A stretch of 61,265 nt of DNA from an uncultured Lentisphaerales bacterium (GTDB lineage: Bacteria > Verrucomicrobiota > Kiritimatiellia > RFP12 > JAAYLN01): positions 1 to 61,265 of the forward strand of contig CAZRGQ010000005.1 of NCBI GenBank assembly GCA_964599645.1, given 5' to 3'. Both the position numbers and the translations under genes were made by a program. Shown in pieces: positions 28,002 through 37,327 of the stretch. The notes under the pieces were generated by a model. It was not told the origin of the DNA. It made no database searches and saw only the letters and a program-made list of their open reading frames with translations. Numbering within the stretch: the stretch's first letter is position 1; the number at the start of each line of letters is the position of its first letter.

Positions 28002-29579
28002 ATGCAGAAGTTTTTCATCTATGGTGCCCCCGGCAGCGGCAAGAGCACCCTCGGGCAGGCGGTGGCGCACCATCTGGCCCTCCCCTTCCACGACCTCGAT
28101 GCGGTGATTGAACAGGAGCAGGGGTGTGCCGTGCGTGAGATTTTTGCTGCGTCCGGCGAAGCCGCCTTTCGCACGCTGGAGCAGCAGACGCTGCAACGCC
28201 TGGCCACTGCCCCCAGCGAGGCCGTCATCGCCCTAGGGGGCGGTGCCCTTCTCGATCCCGCCAGCCACGCTCTGGCCGCCGCCCATGGCACGATCCTTCT
28301 GCTCGATACCCCGCTGGCGATTTTGGAGCAGCGCACGCACCAGGCGCCGGGGAGTCGTCCGCTACTCACCGGCGCTCACAGCACCGCCACAGCGCTGGCG
28401 GCGCTGCTGGCGCAGCGGGAGGCGCACTACCGCTCCTTCCCCTTGCGTATCGACGGTAGCAGTGACGACCTCACGGCCAAGGTGGCGGCCGCCGCAGCCG
28501 CCTTCGGCGCCTTCCGGATCAGCGGCATGGGAAGTGTCGCCACTACCGTCCGGGTCGGCAGCAACCTGCTCAGCAGCCTTGGTCGACGCCTGACGGCCGA
28601 CGGTTGGCAGGGCCATGCCCTGATCGTAGCCGATAGCAATACCGTATTGCCTTACGGTGAAGTCGTCCGCGACTCACTGCAGCAGGCCGGTTGCCGGGCG
28701 CAGCTTGTGACCATACCCGCCGGCGAGAGTGAAAAAAACATCACCACGCTGACGACCCTGTGGCAGGCCTGCCTCGCGGCCGGCATCGATCGTGGCGGCA
28801 CACTGGTTGCCGTTGGCGGTGGCGTGGTTGGCGATCTGGTCGGCTTTGCCGCTGCCACCTGGATGCGCGGTGTACGTTGGGTAGGTATCCCCACCACCCT
28901 GCTGGCGATGGTCGACTCCAGCCTCGGCGGCAAGACGGCTATCGATCTGCCGGCCGGCAAGAACCTGGTGGGCGCCTTCCACCCGCCGACACTGGTAGTG
29001 GCTGACAACACCACGCTGGCGACTCTGCCTGAGGGTGAACTGCGCAGCGGTGCCGCCGAGGCGATCAAACATGGCGTCATCAGCGATCCGCAACTCTTCG
29101 CTGACTTTGAAGCCGCCACCGCCCCCTGGCAGGCTGCCGACTGGAGAGTGCCGCGCCTGGCGCAGGCCATGGCCGTCAAGGTGGCCATTATCACAGCCGA
29201 TCCCTACGAGCGCGGTATCCGTGCCGCACTCAATCTGGGCCACACGCTGGGGCACGGCATCGAACTCGCCTCACACTTCGCACTGCGCCACGGCGAGGCT
29301 GTCGCGATCGGCATGGTGGCCGAAGCACGGCTGGCAGAACAACTGGGGCTCGCCCATGAGCCGGGGCTGAGCAGGCGCCTGCAGCAAGTATTGGCAGCCC
29401 ACGGCCTCCCCACCACCCTGCCCCCCGGCATCAGCCTTGAAGATATTGGGCAGGCGATGCTGCACGACAAGAAGAACGAAGCCGGCACACTCCGCTTCGC
29501 CCTGCCATGCGCCATTGGCGAGGTACACACCCGCGTTACAGCCACGCCCCAAGCCGCCCTGGCCGCCCTTAAAGCCTGA
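28002..29579 (+). CDS. aroKB: Bifunctional shikimate kinase / 3-dehydroquinate synthase
   Basis: GAPGSGKST, GEAAFR, ALGGG (AroK), then GGGVVGDLVGF, PTTLLAMVDSSLGGKT, LNLGHTLGH, HGEAV, DKK (AroB). Confidence 0.93.
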   Translation: MQKFFIYGAPGSGKSTLGQAVAHHLALPFHDLDAVIEQEQGCAVREIFAASGEAAFRTLEQQTLQRLATAPSEAVIALGGGALLDPASHALAAAHGTILLLDTPLAILEQRTHQAPGSRPLLTGAHSTATALAALLAQREAHYRSFPLRIDGSSDDLTAKVAAAAAAFGAFRISGMGSVATTVRVGSNLLSSLGRRLTADGWQGHALIVADSNTVLPYGEVVRDSLQQAGCRAQLVTIPAGESEKNITTLTTLWQACLAAGIDRGGTLVAVGGGVVGDLVGFAAATWMRGVRWVGIPTTLLAMVDSSLGGKTAIDLPAGKNLVGAFHPPTLVVADNTTLATLPEGELRSGAAEAIKHGVISDPQLFADFEAATAPWQAADWRVPRLAQAMAVKVAIITADPYERGIRAALNLGHTLGHGIELASHFALRHGEAVAIGMVAEARLAEQLGLAHEPGLSRRLQQVLAAHGLPTTLPPGISLEDIGQAMLHDKKNEAGTLRFALPCAIGEVHTRVTATPQAALAALKA

Positions 29580-29866
29580 TTATCAACTATTATCAACAGT
29601 AGTTAATAATTTAGTTTATAGCTTGATTTATCATCTCTTTACATCTTCCATATTGCTTAATACCAATAAAATAGATAGAAGCCAAGCGCCTGTCAACAAC
29701 TTGATAATTAACTTGATAATCAACAGCTTGTTGACAGCCACCCTAATAGAGAGGGGCCAAACAGAGGGGAAAGCAAATAGAGGGGACCAAATTAGAGGGG
29801 ACAGGGAAACAATTCAAATAGAGGGGACAGGGAAACAATTCACTCTCTAGCTTGACCAGCTTGACC
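29580..29866. repeat. AT-rich intergenic region with direct and inverted short repeats
   Basis: TTATCAAC at 29580 and 29590; AACTTGATAAT at 29698 and 29710; 10-bp inverted repeat 29690-99/29728-37; AGAGGGG five times (29750-29826); tagaggggacagggaaacaattca at 29793 and 29819. Confidence 0.75.
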
Positions 29867-29893
29867 ATGTCACCAAAAGAGTTGCCTGCGCGA

Positions 29894-29923
29894 TTGCCGC
29901 CGAGCCACCACCTGCGCTATAAT
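29894..29923 (+). promoter_or_regulatory. Putative sigma70 promoter
   Basis: TTGCCG (29894-99), 18 bp, TATAAT (29918-23); GTG start at 29933. Confidence 0.45.
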
Positions 29924-29932
29924 CCTCCAACC

Positions 29933-31903
29933 GTGAAAGCCTGCCACTCAAAAAAATCTCCGCTGCTGCGACTTGCGCTGCTGTTGCTCCTCTGCACCCC
30001 GGTGGCCGTGGTGGCCGCTACTACCACGCCGGTGGTGGTGATACATGGCCGCCGCTCGCTGCCGACAGAGGGCGACAGCCGCTTTGCCGCTGCGCTGGGT
30101 CGTCATACCGTGCGCTGGTTTCGCAGCGGTGGCATCACGGCTGAGCTGCAGGACGACACCAACCTCGCGGCAACCTTGCGTCAACGCAAAGTGGCGCTAC
30201 TGGTGCATTGCGATGCCCTGCAGGCCGACCAGTTGCAGGAGTTGCAGCGCTTTGCCGGCGGCGGTGGCACTCTGATCGTCTGCTACTCCTCCTCGCCCGG
30301 TCTCGCCAAACTGATGGGTGTCAAGGTGGGCGGCTACCTCAAACCGCCCGCCGGCACCTTCGCCACCATGCGCTTCAATACCAACCGGCCGCCCAATACC
30401 CCCACCGCCATCCGGCAATCTTCACCCAATATCTTCAGCGCCACCCCTCTGCCGGGCGAGTCGACCCTGCTGGCTGAGTGGTACGACCGTCAGGGCAAAC
30501 CAACCGGTGAGGCCGCCTGGCTGCAGGGCAGACATGGCTTCTGGATGACGCACACTCTGCTGGGCGATGGTGATGCAGCCGCCAAAGCACGACTGATTGT
30601 GGCGCTGGCGGCCGGACGCCACCCCGAGCTCTGGCTCCCGGCGGCCGAAAAGCGCCTGGCGGAGGCGGCCAAAGTCGGCCCCTGGCAATGCGCCGCCGAT
30701 GGTCTGGCCACGGCCAACGCCATCAGCGGCACCAAACGGCGCAACGCCGCGCTACAGGCTGTCCGGGAGGCGCTGGAGGCCGAGGAGGAGGCGCGCAAGC
30801 TGCTGGAGGCCGGACGCGGCGCCGAGGCCTGGCTCTTGAGCCACGAGTTGGAGCAGCGTCTGATGGCGGCCTACGGCCACATGCAGCAGCCGCTCAAGGG
30901 TGAACTGCGGGCGATTTGGGACCACTCAGGGCAGGGACTCTACCCCGGCGACTGGCAGCGCACCTGTCGCGAGCTCAAGGCTGCCGGTATCTCCGACATT
31001 CTGGTCAACGTAGCCGCTCCCGGTTTTGCCCACTGTCGCCTCGATGCCCTGCCGCGCTCACCGCTCTATGAGAGCGAAGGCGACCAGCTCGCCGCCTGTA
31101 TCGCCGCGGCCCGCCCGCTTGGCCTGCGGGTACATGCCTGGCTTATCGCCTTCAGCACCACTCAGGCCACGGCCCACCGCATGTCGCTCTTTACAGCACG
31201 CAACTGGCTGCTGCTTGATACTCAGGGGCGCCCTACCCCCTGGCTCAACCCCGCCCATCCTGAAGTGCAGACGATGCTGGTAACGGCGGTGCAAGAGCTC
31301 TTTGAGCGCTACCGGATCGATGGCATCCATCTCGACTTCGTGCGCTATGCCAACCTCTATGAGAGTATGGGGCCCGACACGCGGCGAGCCTTTGAGCAGT
31401 CACGCGGGGCAGCCGTGCCCGGCTGGCCCGAAGCGGCTCAAAAAAACCCGCTCCACGACGAACTGGTAGGCTGGCGTGTGGCCCAAATCAGCGACTTTGT
31501 GGCTGCCGTGCGCCGGGTACAGCGTGAAAAGGCGCCGGGGCGCCTCGTCACGGCGGCGGTCCTCGGCAAATATCCCTCATGCGTGGCGGCAGTCGGCCAG
31601 GATTGGGAGAGCTGGATTGAGCAGGGCTATGTCGACTACCTCATGCCGATGAACTACACCGAGAGCTTCAACTTTTATAACGAACTGGTGAGCCGGCAGA
31701 GCCGCACCCGTTCGCTAGCGCGTCATCTGGTGGGCGGCATCGGCGTTACGGCTGCCGAGAGCCGGCTGACGGCCGATCTGGTGATCGACCAGGTCAACCG
31801 CCTGCGCACGGCCCGTGCCGCCGGTTTTGCCCTCTTCGACCTCAACCCAACTCTGGCAAATGAGATCCTGCCCATCTTGAAGCTGGGCTTGACCGCACCG
31901 TAG
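29933..31903 (+). CDS. Secreted glycoside hydrolase-like family 10 (GHL10/DUF187) protein with N-terminal class I GATase-like domain
   Basis: Signal peptide; ELRAIWDH, LRVHAW, WLNPAHPEV, DGIHLDFVRY, QDWESW...VDYLMPMNY. ORF track begins at 29852; true start uncertain. Confidence 0.8.
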   Translation: MKACHSKKSPLLRLALLLLLCTPVAVVAATTTPVVVIHGRRSLPTEGDSRFAAALGRHTVRWFRSGGITAELQDDTNLAATLRQRKVALLVHCDALQADQLQELQRFAGGGGTLIVCYSSSPGLAKLMGVKVGGYLKPPAGTFATMRFNTNRPPNTPTAIRQSSPNIFSATPLPGESTLLAEWYDRQGKPTGEAAWLQGRHGFWMTHTLLGDGDAAAKARLIVALAAGRHPELWLPAAEKRLAEAAKVGPWQCAADGLATANAISGTKRRNAALQAVREALEAEEEARKLLEAGRGAEAWLLSHELEQRLMAAYGHMQQPLKGELRAIWDHSGQGLYPGDWQRTCRELKAAGISDILVNVAAPGFAHCRLDALPRSPLYESEGDQLAACIAAARPLGLRVHAWLIAFSTTQATAHRMSLFTARNWLLLDTQGRPTPWLNPAHPEVQTMLVTAVQELFERYRIDGIHLDFVRYANLYESMGPDTRRAFEQSRGAAVPGWPEAAQKNPLHDELVGWRVAQISDFVAAVRRVQREKAPGRLVTAAVLGKYPSCVAAVGQDWESWIEQGYVDYLMPMNYTESFNFYNELVSRQSRTRSLARHLVGGIGVTAAESRLTADLVIDQVNRLRTARAAGFALFDLNPTLANEILPILKLGLTAP

Positions 31904-31910
31904 GCTATCC

Positions 31911-33257
31911 TTACAAAAACGGCTGCAGCAGCCGCTCCAGTTGGTCGCGTTTGGCTGCCAGAAGCGACTGGTTGTCGGCTTCGATAATCAGGCGCAGGTA
32001 GGGCTCGGTGTTGGAGCGGCGCAGGCTGACCCACCAGTCGGGATATTCGAGCCGGTAGCCGTCGAAATCGAGCATACGCTCCGGTGTGGCCGCCTGCAGC
32101 AGCTCCTGCACGATACTCTCGAGCACTGCCAGGCTATTTTCAACGCGGTAGTTCAACTCGCCGGTATTGGCCACAGCGTTGCAGGGTTCGAGCAACCGGC
32201 TGAGCGTCAGGCCGCGCTCCTTGGCCGCTGCCACTTCACCGAGCGCGATCAGGGCGGCCAATTCGCCGGAGTCGCACCAGAAGAAGTCGCGGAAGTAGTA
32301 GTGACCGGCCAGCTCGCCGCCGAAGATAGCGCCCAGTTCACGCATCTTCTCCTTGGCAAAGGCGTGCCCCACCTTCCACATCGCCGGTTTGGCGCCGGCC
32401 TGCTCCAATTGCCGTGTGACAACTCGAGAGGTGCGGATATCCTGCAGGATCGTAGCGCCCGGCTGTTGTTGCAAAAAGGGGTGTGCCAGCAGCGGGATCA
32501 TCTGATCGGGCCGGACAAAGTTGCCTTTTTCGTCGATGAACATGACGCGGTCGACGTCGCCATCGAAGATCACGCCGAGATCGAGCTGTTGTCCGAGCAC
32601 CGCCCCTACCAGCGGCTCACGTGCCTCGGCTTCAAGCGGATTGGGCGAGTGACTGGGGAAGCTGCCGTCGGGGGTGTCGGCCAGAAAGAGCGGCGTAGTG
32701 CCGAGCAGCGGCTTGGCCGTAAGCGCCGCCAGGCCATCGGAGCAGTCGACCGCCAGCTTGAGGTTCTCAAAGGGGCGTTGCCAGGGACGCAGGAAGTAGA
32801 GAAACTCTTCTAGGCGAGAGACCTCGCGCCGCTGGCCGCGAGTTGCCACAGGTGGCGGCTGGTGGCTCCTGGCCACCAGCGCCTCAAGCTGCTGCAGGCC
32901 AGTGTCGTAGCCGACGGGGCGCGCTTCGCGGCGCGACACCTTGAAGCCGTTATAGGCGGTCGGGTTGTGTGAAGCGGTGATCTGGATCGAGAGGTCGTAA
33001 CCATGTTTGGCTGTCAGGTAGTAGACCATCGGAGTCGACGTCAGGCCGGCGATATCGACGTTATAGCCGGCATCCTGCAGACCGCGGCAGAGGGCTTCGC
33101 AGAGGGGTGGCGAAGAGGGGCGCATATCGCGTCCGAGCAGGGCGCGTTTGCCCAGCACCACCTCGGGCAGACGGCGTCCGATCAGGTAGGCGCGCTCCTC
33201 ATTCAACTGCTCGGGATAGATACCGCGGATGTCGTAAGCTTTAAAGATCGTGGCCAT
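31911..33257 (-). CDS. Phosphomannomutase/phosphoglucomutase
   Basis: FKAYDIRG, TASHNP, FDGDVDR, GGELAGHYYFRDF, RRSNTEP. Confidence 0.95.
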   Translation of the reverse strand: MATIFKAYDIRGIYPEQLNEERAYLIGRRLPEVVLGKRALLGRDMRPSSPPLCEALCRGLQDAGYNVDIAGLTSTPMVYYLTAKHGYDLSIQITASHNPTAYNGFKVSRREARPVGYDTGLQQLEALVARSHQPPPVATRGQRREVSRLEEFLYFLRPWQRPFENLKLAVDCSDGLAALTAKPLLGTTPLFLADTPDGSFPSHSPNPLEAEAREPLVGAVLGQQLDLGVIFDGDVDRVMFIDEKGNFVRPDQMIPLLAHPFLQQQPGATILQDIRTSRVVTRQLEQAGAKPAMWKVGHAFAKEKMRELGAIFGGELAGHYYFRDFFWCDSGELAALIALGEVAAAKERGLTLSRLLEPCNAVANTGELNYRVENSLAVLESIVQELLQAATPERMLDFDGYRLEYPDWWVSLRRSNTEPYLRLIIEADNQSLLAAKRDQLERLLQPFL

Positions 33258-33258
33258 A

Positions 33259-33693
33259 TCAATTCAGAATCAGGAGGTAGCCACCGGCGCGCCCGGGGCG
33301 TCCCAGCGAACGGATAAGGGGTGAGCTGAGATCGGCCTCGTCGAGGCTGTTGGTGCTGCTGCCGAAGGCCTGAATCAGCGAGGCGGCCACTTCATTGCCG
33401 CCGGTCTGGTGCTTTGCCACCATCCAGGCGCCGATAGCGCCGCCGATCAGCAGGGAGCAGAGCAGCGCCAATGAGAAGGTGCTGATGCCGATCGTCATGC
33501 GCCCGGCAGCGCGATCGGCCAGCAAACGCCTCTCTTTCTGTTTGTCGCGCTCGGCCGTCCAACGCTCGCGCTCCAGAGCCAGCCGCTCGCGTTCGATCTG
33601 AATCTTCTCACGTTCCAGCGTCAGTTCGTCGAGTGGGCCCGGCTCAGTGGGGGACGGTGCAGGCTTGACAGCAGGGGTTTGTTCTCGCGTCAT
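33259..33693 (-). CDS. Hypothetical membrane protein (coiled coil plus one TM helix)
   Basis: 144 aa ORF filling the gap between same-strand genes; LEREKIQIERERLALERER coil, then a hydrophobic segment. Confidence 0.7.
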   Translation of the reverse strand: MTREQTPAVKPAPSPTEPGPLDELTLEREKIQIERERLALERERWTAERDKQKERRLLADRAAGRMTIGISTFSLALLCSLLIGGAIGAWMVAKHQTGGNEVAASLIQAFGSSTNSLDEADLSSPLIRSLGRPGRAGGYLLILN

Positions 33694-33711
33694 GACAGGC
33701 TCCTGAGGTGG

Positions 33712-35388
33712 TCAGTAGTTGAGGCGGCTGCCGCCGATATATTCGCGCAGGATCGAGTCGCCGGGAACATCGTCGGGGGCCAAGGCGACAAAGTGGTGCA
33801 GGATACCACTGAGGCGCCGCGCTTCAGAGTATTCGGGATCCATCGGTTTCACCTCGTTGAGGAGGGCGGCCGCATAGGGTTTGAGGATCGCCAGTTCATA
33901 GTCGAGCGCCGAGTTGAAGACGGCATCGGCGAGGTGCTGGAAGGGGAAGATCCAGCGGTCTTCGCCGCGACGTACCGAGGGCCAGCGACGCAGCGTCTGC
34001 AGCGGAGCGTGTTTGCGGAACTGGTTGTCGCGCACCATGCGGCGCAGCAGCCGGTTGTCGGTGGTGGAGATGCGACTGTTGTAGTCGAGCGCCAACTGCG
34101 TCAGGGCGCTGATGTAGATCAGAAATTTGAGCCGGCGCGGTATCTCGCTGGTTAGTTCGGGATTGAGCGCATGAATCCCCTCGATCACAAGGGTCTGATC
34201 GGGAGTGATGATTGTCGGTTCGGGACGCTCTTCACGCTGTTTCGTCTTGAAGTTGAAGAGGGGCAGATGTACCGGCTGACCGTCGAGCAGTCGAGTCAGG
34301 TCACTATTGAGCCGCGGCAGATCGAGGGCGTGGAGATGCTCGTAGTCGAGATTGCCGGCGGCGTCACGCGGATTTTCATCATCGCCGACAAAGTAGTCGT
34401 CGAGCGAGATCATGTGGGGGTTGCAGCCGTTGACGCGCAGGTGGGTCATCAGACGGATAGCCATCGTCGTCTTGCCGGAGGAGGAGGGTCCGGCGATCAG
34501 AACGAGGCGGGGGCGCCCATTGTTATGGTTTGAGATGCGATCGGCAATCTCTGCCAGCTTCTTGTTATGGAGCGCTTCGATGGTGCTGATCAGTTCGGCC
34601 GAGCGCCGGTCGGCAATCGCCTGGTTGAGCTCACCAACCGTCGTCACCCCCATAATGCCGCCCCAGGCGATATGCTCCTGATAGACCTTGATCAAGTGCG
34701 GTTCCGGCGTAAAGGGGGCGATCGTGGCAGGATCGCTGACGGTCGGGAGACGCAGCACAAAGCCCGACTCGTAGGGCGTGAGGGCAAATTTGTCGAGCAG
34801 GCCGGTCCGGCAGACGAGCGGCTCGTGGCGCATATCACAATAGTCGCGGCAACGCATCAGGGCGATGCAGGGCGGGTTGCGGTAGGCGAGCAGGTGGAGT
34901 TGATCGAGTTGGCCACTCTCCTTGAGATTGTCGATGGCCTCATGGTAGGCGACGAGCCGCACGGTAATGGGAAGATCGGCAGCGACCAGCTCGCGCATGC
35001 GCTGTTCGATGGCTGCGACGGTTTCGGCTTTGGCCCGGCTCAGTTCGGCGGGCCACTCGACGCTGCAGAAGAGTCCCTCTCCGATCGGGTGACGCACCCG
35101 GAAGGCGAGCGCGGGATAGAGCTCATGAATTGCCATGCCGAGCAGGAAGGTGAGCGACCAGCGGTAGACCCGCCAGCCATCGTTGTCGGCCAGCGTCAGT
35201 AGTTCGACGGTACCGTTGTAGGCGATCCGTTGGCAGAGGGCGACAACGTTATTGTTGAGGCGTACGGCCAATACCGGCAGTCCGTTCTCCGCCTGCGCTG
35301 GCACAACTTCCCCGACGGGGGTGCCGATAGCCACCTCTTGCGGTGGCCTGGTGGCAATTTTAAGTTTGGCAATCCCGTTCATCTTCAA
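33712..35388 (-). CDS. Nucleoside (uridine) kinase with ThrRS-like N-terminal domain
   Basis: IAGPSSSGKTT, SLDDYF, IEGIHALN, TTDNRLLRRMVRD, FNSALDYEL. Confidence 0.9.
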   Translation of the reverse strand: MKMNGIAKLKIATRPPQEVAIGTPVGEVVPAQAENGLPVLAVRLNNNVVALCQRIAYNGTVELLTLADNDGWRVYRWSLTFLLGMAIHELYPALAFRVRHPIGEGLFCSVEWPAELSRAKAETVAAIEQRMRELVAADLPITVRLVAYHEAIDNLKESGQLDQLHLLAYRNPPCIALMRCRDYCDMRHEPLVCRTGLLDKFALTPYESGFVLRLPTVSDPATIAPFTPEPHLIKVYQEHIAWGGIMGVTTVGELNQAIADRRSAELISTIEALHNKKLAEIADRISNHNNGRPRLVLIAGPSSSGKTTMAIRLMTHLRVNGCNPHMISLDDYFVGDDENPRDAAGNLDYEHLHALDLPRLNSDLTRLLDGQPVHLPLFNFKTKQREERPEPTIITPDQTLVIEGIHALNPELTSEIPRRLKFLIYISALTQLALDYNSRISTTDNRLLRRMVRDNQFRKHAPLQTLRRWPSVRRGEDRWIFPFQHLADAVFNSALDYELAILKPYAAALLNEVKPMDPEYSEARRLSGILHHFVALAPDDVPGDSILREYIGGSRLNY

Positions 35389-35392
35389 GCTC

Positions 35393-36250
35393 CTAGTTGA
35401 TGCGTTGCAGCATCTGTTGCGCCAGATTCACAAGCGGCTCGACAGGCCCCGGCAGTCCGGCAAGTTGTGCCAAAGCGGCATCGGTCGCGGCGGCGGCAAC
35501 CCGGCGTGCCTCAGCCGGAGTCCAGAGCATCAGGCAGCTTAACTCCGGCTCCTCATCCACCTCCGGCACAGCGGCGTCCAGAAGATCATCGATAATCTGA
35601 AAGGCGTGTCCGAGGTGGCTGCCAAAGCCTCCAAGCTGCTCCACCTGAGCAGCCGTAGCGCCACCGCCCAACGCGCCGAGGCGCATCGCGGCGCGGAAGA
35701 GATCGGCCGTCTTGTGTTGATGGATGTAGTCGAGCGTCGCAGCATCGATCACCCGCTGCCCGGCGGCAGCGATATCCTCTACCTGTCCCCCGATCACGCC
35801 ACGCGGACCGGCCGCCGCCGCCAGCTCTGCCACCCAACGCATCGCCAGTGCCGGCGGGGTGGTTGGATCGGCTACAAGTCGCTCAAAGGCGAGCGTCTGG
35901 AGGGCATCGCCCACCAGCACGGCCAGCCCCTCGCCATACTTGGCATGCACGGTCGGCTCGCCACGACGCAGCAGGTCGTTATCCATGCAGGGGAGGTCGT
36001 CGTGAACCAACGTGTAGGTATGCAACAGCTCAACGGCCACTGCCGCCGGCAGCGCCGCCTCCCACTTACCGCCAACGGCCTCGGCTGCCAGCAGGGTGAG
36101 AATCGGACGCAGCCGTTTTCCGCCCACCAGCACGCTATAGCGGATCGCCTCGTTGAGGCGGGCCGGGCGCTCCCCCTGCGGCGGCAACGCCTCACGCAGA
36201 GCGGCCTCAACACGAGCCTGGCACGTTGCAAAGTGGGAATCGCCAGCCAT
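35393..36250 (-). CDS. ispA: Polyprenyl (farnesyl/geranylgeranyl) diphosphate synthase
   Basis: GGKRLRP, HDDLPCMDNDLLRRG, GQVED, HKTA, FQIIDDLLD. Confidence 0.92.
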   Translation of the reverse strand: MAGDSHFATCQARVEAALREALPPQGERPARLNEAIRYSVLVGGKRLRPILTLLAAEAVGGKWEAALPAAVAVELLHTYTLVHDDLPCMDNDLLRRGEPTVHAKYGEGLAVLVGDALQTLAFERLVADPTTPPALAMRWVAELAAAAGPRGVIGGQVEDIAAAGQRVIDAATLDYIHQHKTADLFRAAMRLGALGGGATAAQVEQLGGFGSHLGHAFQIIDDLLDAAVPEVDEEPELSCLMLWTPAEARRVAAAATDAALAQLAGLPGPVEPLVNLAQQMLQRIN

Positions 36251-36258
36251 ACCCGCTC

Positions 36259-37110
36259 CTACTTGACGGTGTAGCGCGTCGCCTTGGTGAGCGCCTTCCA
36301 GAGCTGCTCCGGCGTGGTGGCCGCCATCAGGGCGGTGCGGTTCTGCTCCTTGAGAAAGGTGGTGGTAAGTCCGGCCATCAGCCGCAGGTAGAAGGCGCTT
36401 ACGGCCGTCGGAATCACGAAGAAGCAGATGATATTGGCGCTATGTTCGGAGTCGAAGGCGACGCCCTGCTCGCTGGTGCCCATGGCCAGAGTAAGCCCGC
36501 CACCCTCGACGCCTCTGACGTGTGGAAAGGCAAGCCCATGCTCCATACCGGTGCTGAGGATGTTTTCACGCTCGATAGCGGCGCTGGCCAGTTTCTCGGC
36601 GTTATCGATAAAGCCGGCGACCTGCAGACTGTTGGCCAACTCTCTGATCGCTTCATCACGGCTGGTAGCCGCCATATTGGGCAGCATCAATGAGGAGGCA
36701 GTAAAGCGCGCGATGCCCGAACGACGCGGCTCGGAGCGCGCCTGCGCCTCGCCGACCCACTGCGCTGCATCGGCTGATTCGAAGAGTATGCGGGCGCAAC
36801 TGGGGCATGTCTGGACATCCTTCAGCTTGCGCACCGCCTGCACATGGCTGGTGGGCAGACGCATACCGCAGATGGCACAGGTGTTGTTGTGCATCGGCGC
36901 CATAACGATATGGTCTTTCTTCAACAGCCGCTGGACAAATCCACGAATTTGCAGCGGCAGCTCGTTGGTCATCTGGCTGATGTTATCACTCAACCGTGTC
37001 AAGTGGCTGCCATCACCCGAAGCGCGGTGCTCATCGAGTATCAATACCAGCTCTTGCAGTTGTTGCAGTTGATTGATCAGGCTCTGAATGTTGGTTCCAG
37101 GTTCGCTCAT
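36259..37110 (-). CDS. C4 zinc-ribbon plus PTS EIIA (PtsN/fructose-type) fusion protein
   Basis: CAICGMRLP...CPSCARIL, then ERENILSTGMEHGLAFPHVR with the phospho-His. Start taken at ATG 37110. Confidence 0.85.
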   Translation of the reverse strand: MSEPGTNIQSLINQLQQLQELVLILDEHRASGDGSHLTRLSDNISQMTNELPLQIRGFVQRLLKKDHIVMAPMHNNTCAICGMRLPTSHVQAVRKLKDVQTCPSCARILFESADAAQWVGEAQARSEPRRSGIARFTASSLMLPNMAATSRDEAIRELANSLQVAGFIDNAEKLASAAIERENILSTGMEHGLAFPHVRGVEGGGLTLAMGTSEQGVAFDSEHSANIICFFVIPTAVSAFYLRLMAGLTTTFLKEQNRTALMAATTPEQLWKALTKATRYTVK

Positions 37111-37327
37111 GATAAATTTCCTTGTGTGCTTCGTTTTACCCCTGTATGAGGCAAATGTCAACCAGAATCAAAAGACGACCGTAATGGCGCTATCTTTTTC
37201 CGGGCTTTAATGTTACACTCACATCATTGACTGTGGCTGTGCGGTGGGGTTGCCTGCATGGTAACAGAGGTAATAGTATGACTGTAACCACTGAAAGCGA
37301 GTATTGTCAACCACGGGAGAGAGAGAG

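Noticed and set aside
29580-29740. oriC-like region (AT-rich; TTATCAACA is one mismatch from the DnaA box TTATCCACA)
   Set aside because: There are no perfect DnaA boxes, no dnaA/dnaN/gidA context, and no visible switch in strand skew.
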